Assembly: GCA_964016885.1 (NCBI GenBank)
Contig: OZ024742.1
Span: 117,986,001 to 118,050,000, forward strand
Length of the DNA: 64,000 nucleotides
Direction: 5' to 3'
DNA from: Eledone cirrhosa
Lineage: Eukaryota
Under the pieces are notes generated by a model. The model was not told the DNA's origin, searched no databases, and was given only the letters and a program-made list of their open reading frames with translations. Below, piece after piece: positions 63,597 through 64,000 of the stretch (positions within the stretch are counted from its first letter, which is position 1; each line of letters opens with the position of its first letter). Position numbers and translations under genes: made by a program.

Positions 63597-64000
63597 GTAT
63601 ATATATATATATATATATACACCTGTGCTTGGCTGACTAAGATTACCTTTTTGTTAGAAGTACCTGGAGGCTGTCAGTTGATTAAGGTGTAGTAGATGTT
63701 TTCCGGGTCGTAGAATTACCGCGTCGGTTTCCCCGAAGCTGTGTTTCATCTACAACATCGTGTAGTAATGTACAACATAACTCTATTGATACTTGAATTA
63801 TATCGATATCAAACTGAATGTGTTACATAAGTAACATCTAATCAGTCTGATCAATCGACAAGATTCCAGACCTCGTTCGATTGCCAAGTGGGGAGGGTCT
63901 CGTCAAATCCGACCAAGGAAACAATGTTTCCATAGGTCTTTCCATTGCTGATACTATCTACCGGTCGCAACTCCTGGCAAAAAGAGCAACGTGAAATAGA

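Overview
AT-rich, microsatellite-dense animal genomic DNA, almost certainly a coleoid cephalopod (Octopus-type SINEs plus a Dong/R4, Tx1, RTE and Penelope repeat mix; species is inference). I found no host protein-coding gene that I can support, only three weak candidate exons. The window is intergenic or intronic and built from transposons. (1) A block at about 3.1-14.2 kb has five non-LTR retrotransposons strung along one (TAA)n microsatellite: an RTE/Rex3-like 3' piece, a full-length-ended but RT-deleted Tx1/L1-clade element on the minus strand, two near-identical Dong/R4 RT-RLE copies and a third Dong-family 3' piece. (2) Several Penelope-like (PLE) pieces sit in (TA)n tracts, including two with RT-thumb plus GIY-YIG coding remnants and one intact minimal hammerhead ribozyme. 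(3) About 18 copies of a tRNA-derived SINE, hAT/MITE elements, an internally inverted mariner and old RTE/Tx1/CRE fossils fill the rest. The most interesting signals are recurrent near-perfect palindromes whose symmetry axis falls on the stem II loop of a hammerhead ribozyme, a 3' tail shared by the dominant SINE and the Tx1 family, and a palindromic element with two inward-facing tRNA-like Pol III heads. All identities are by-eye estimates; no database searches were run.
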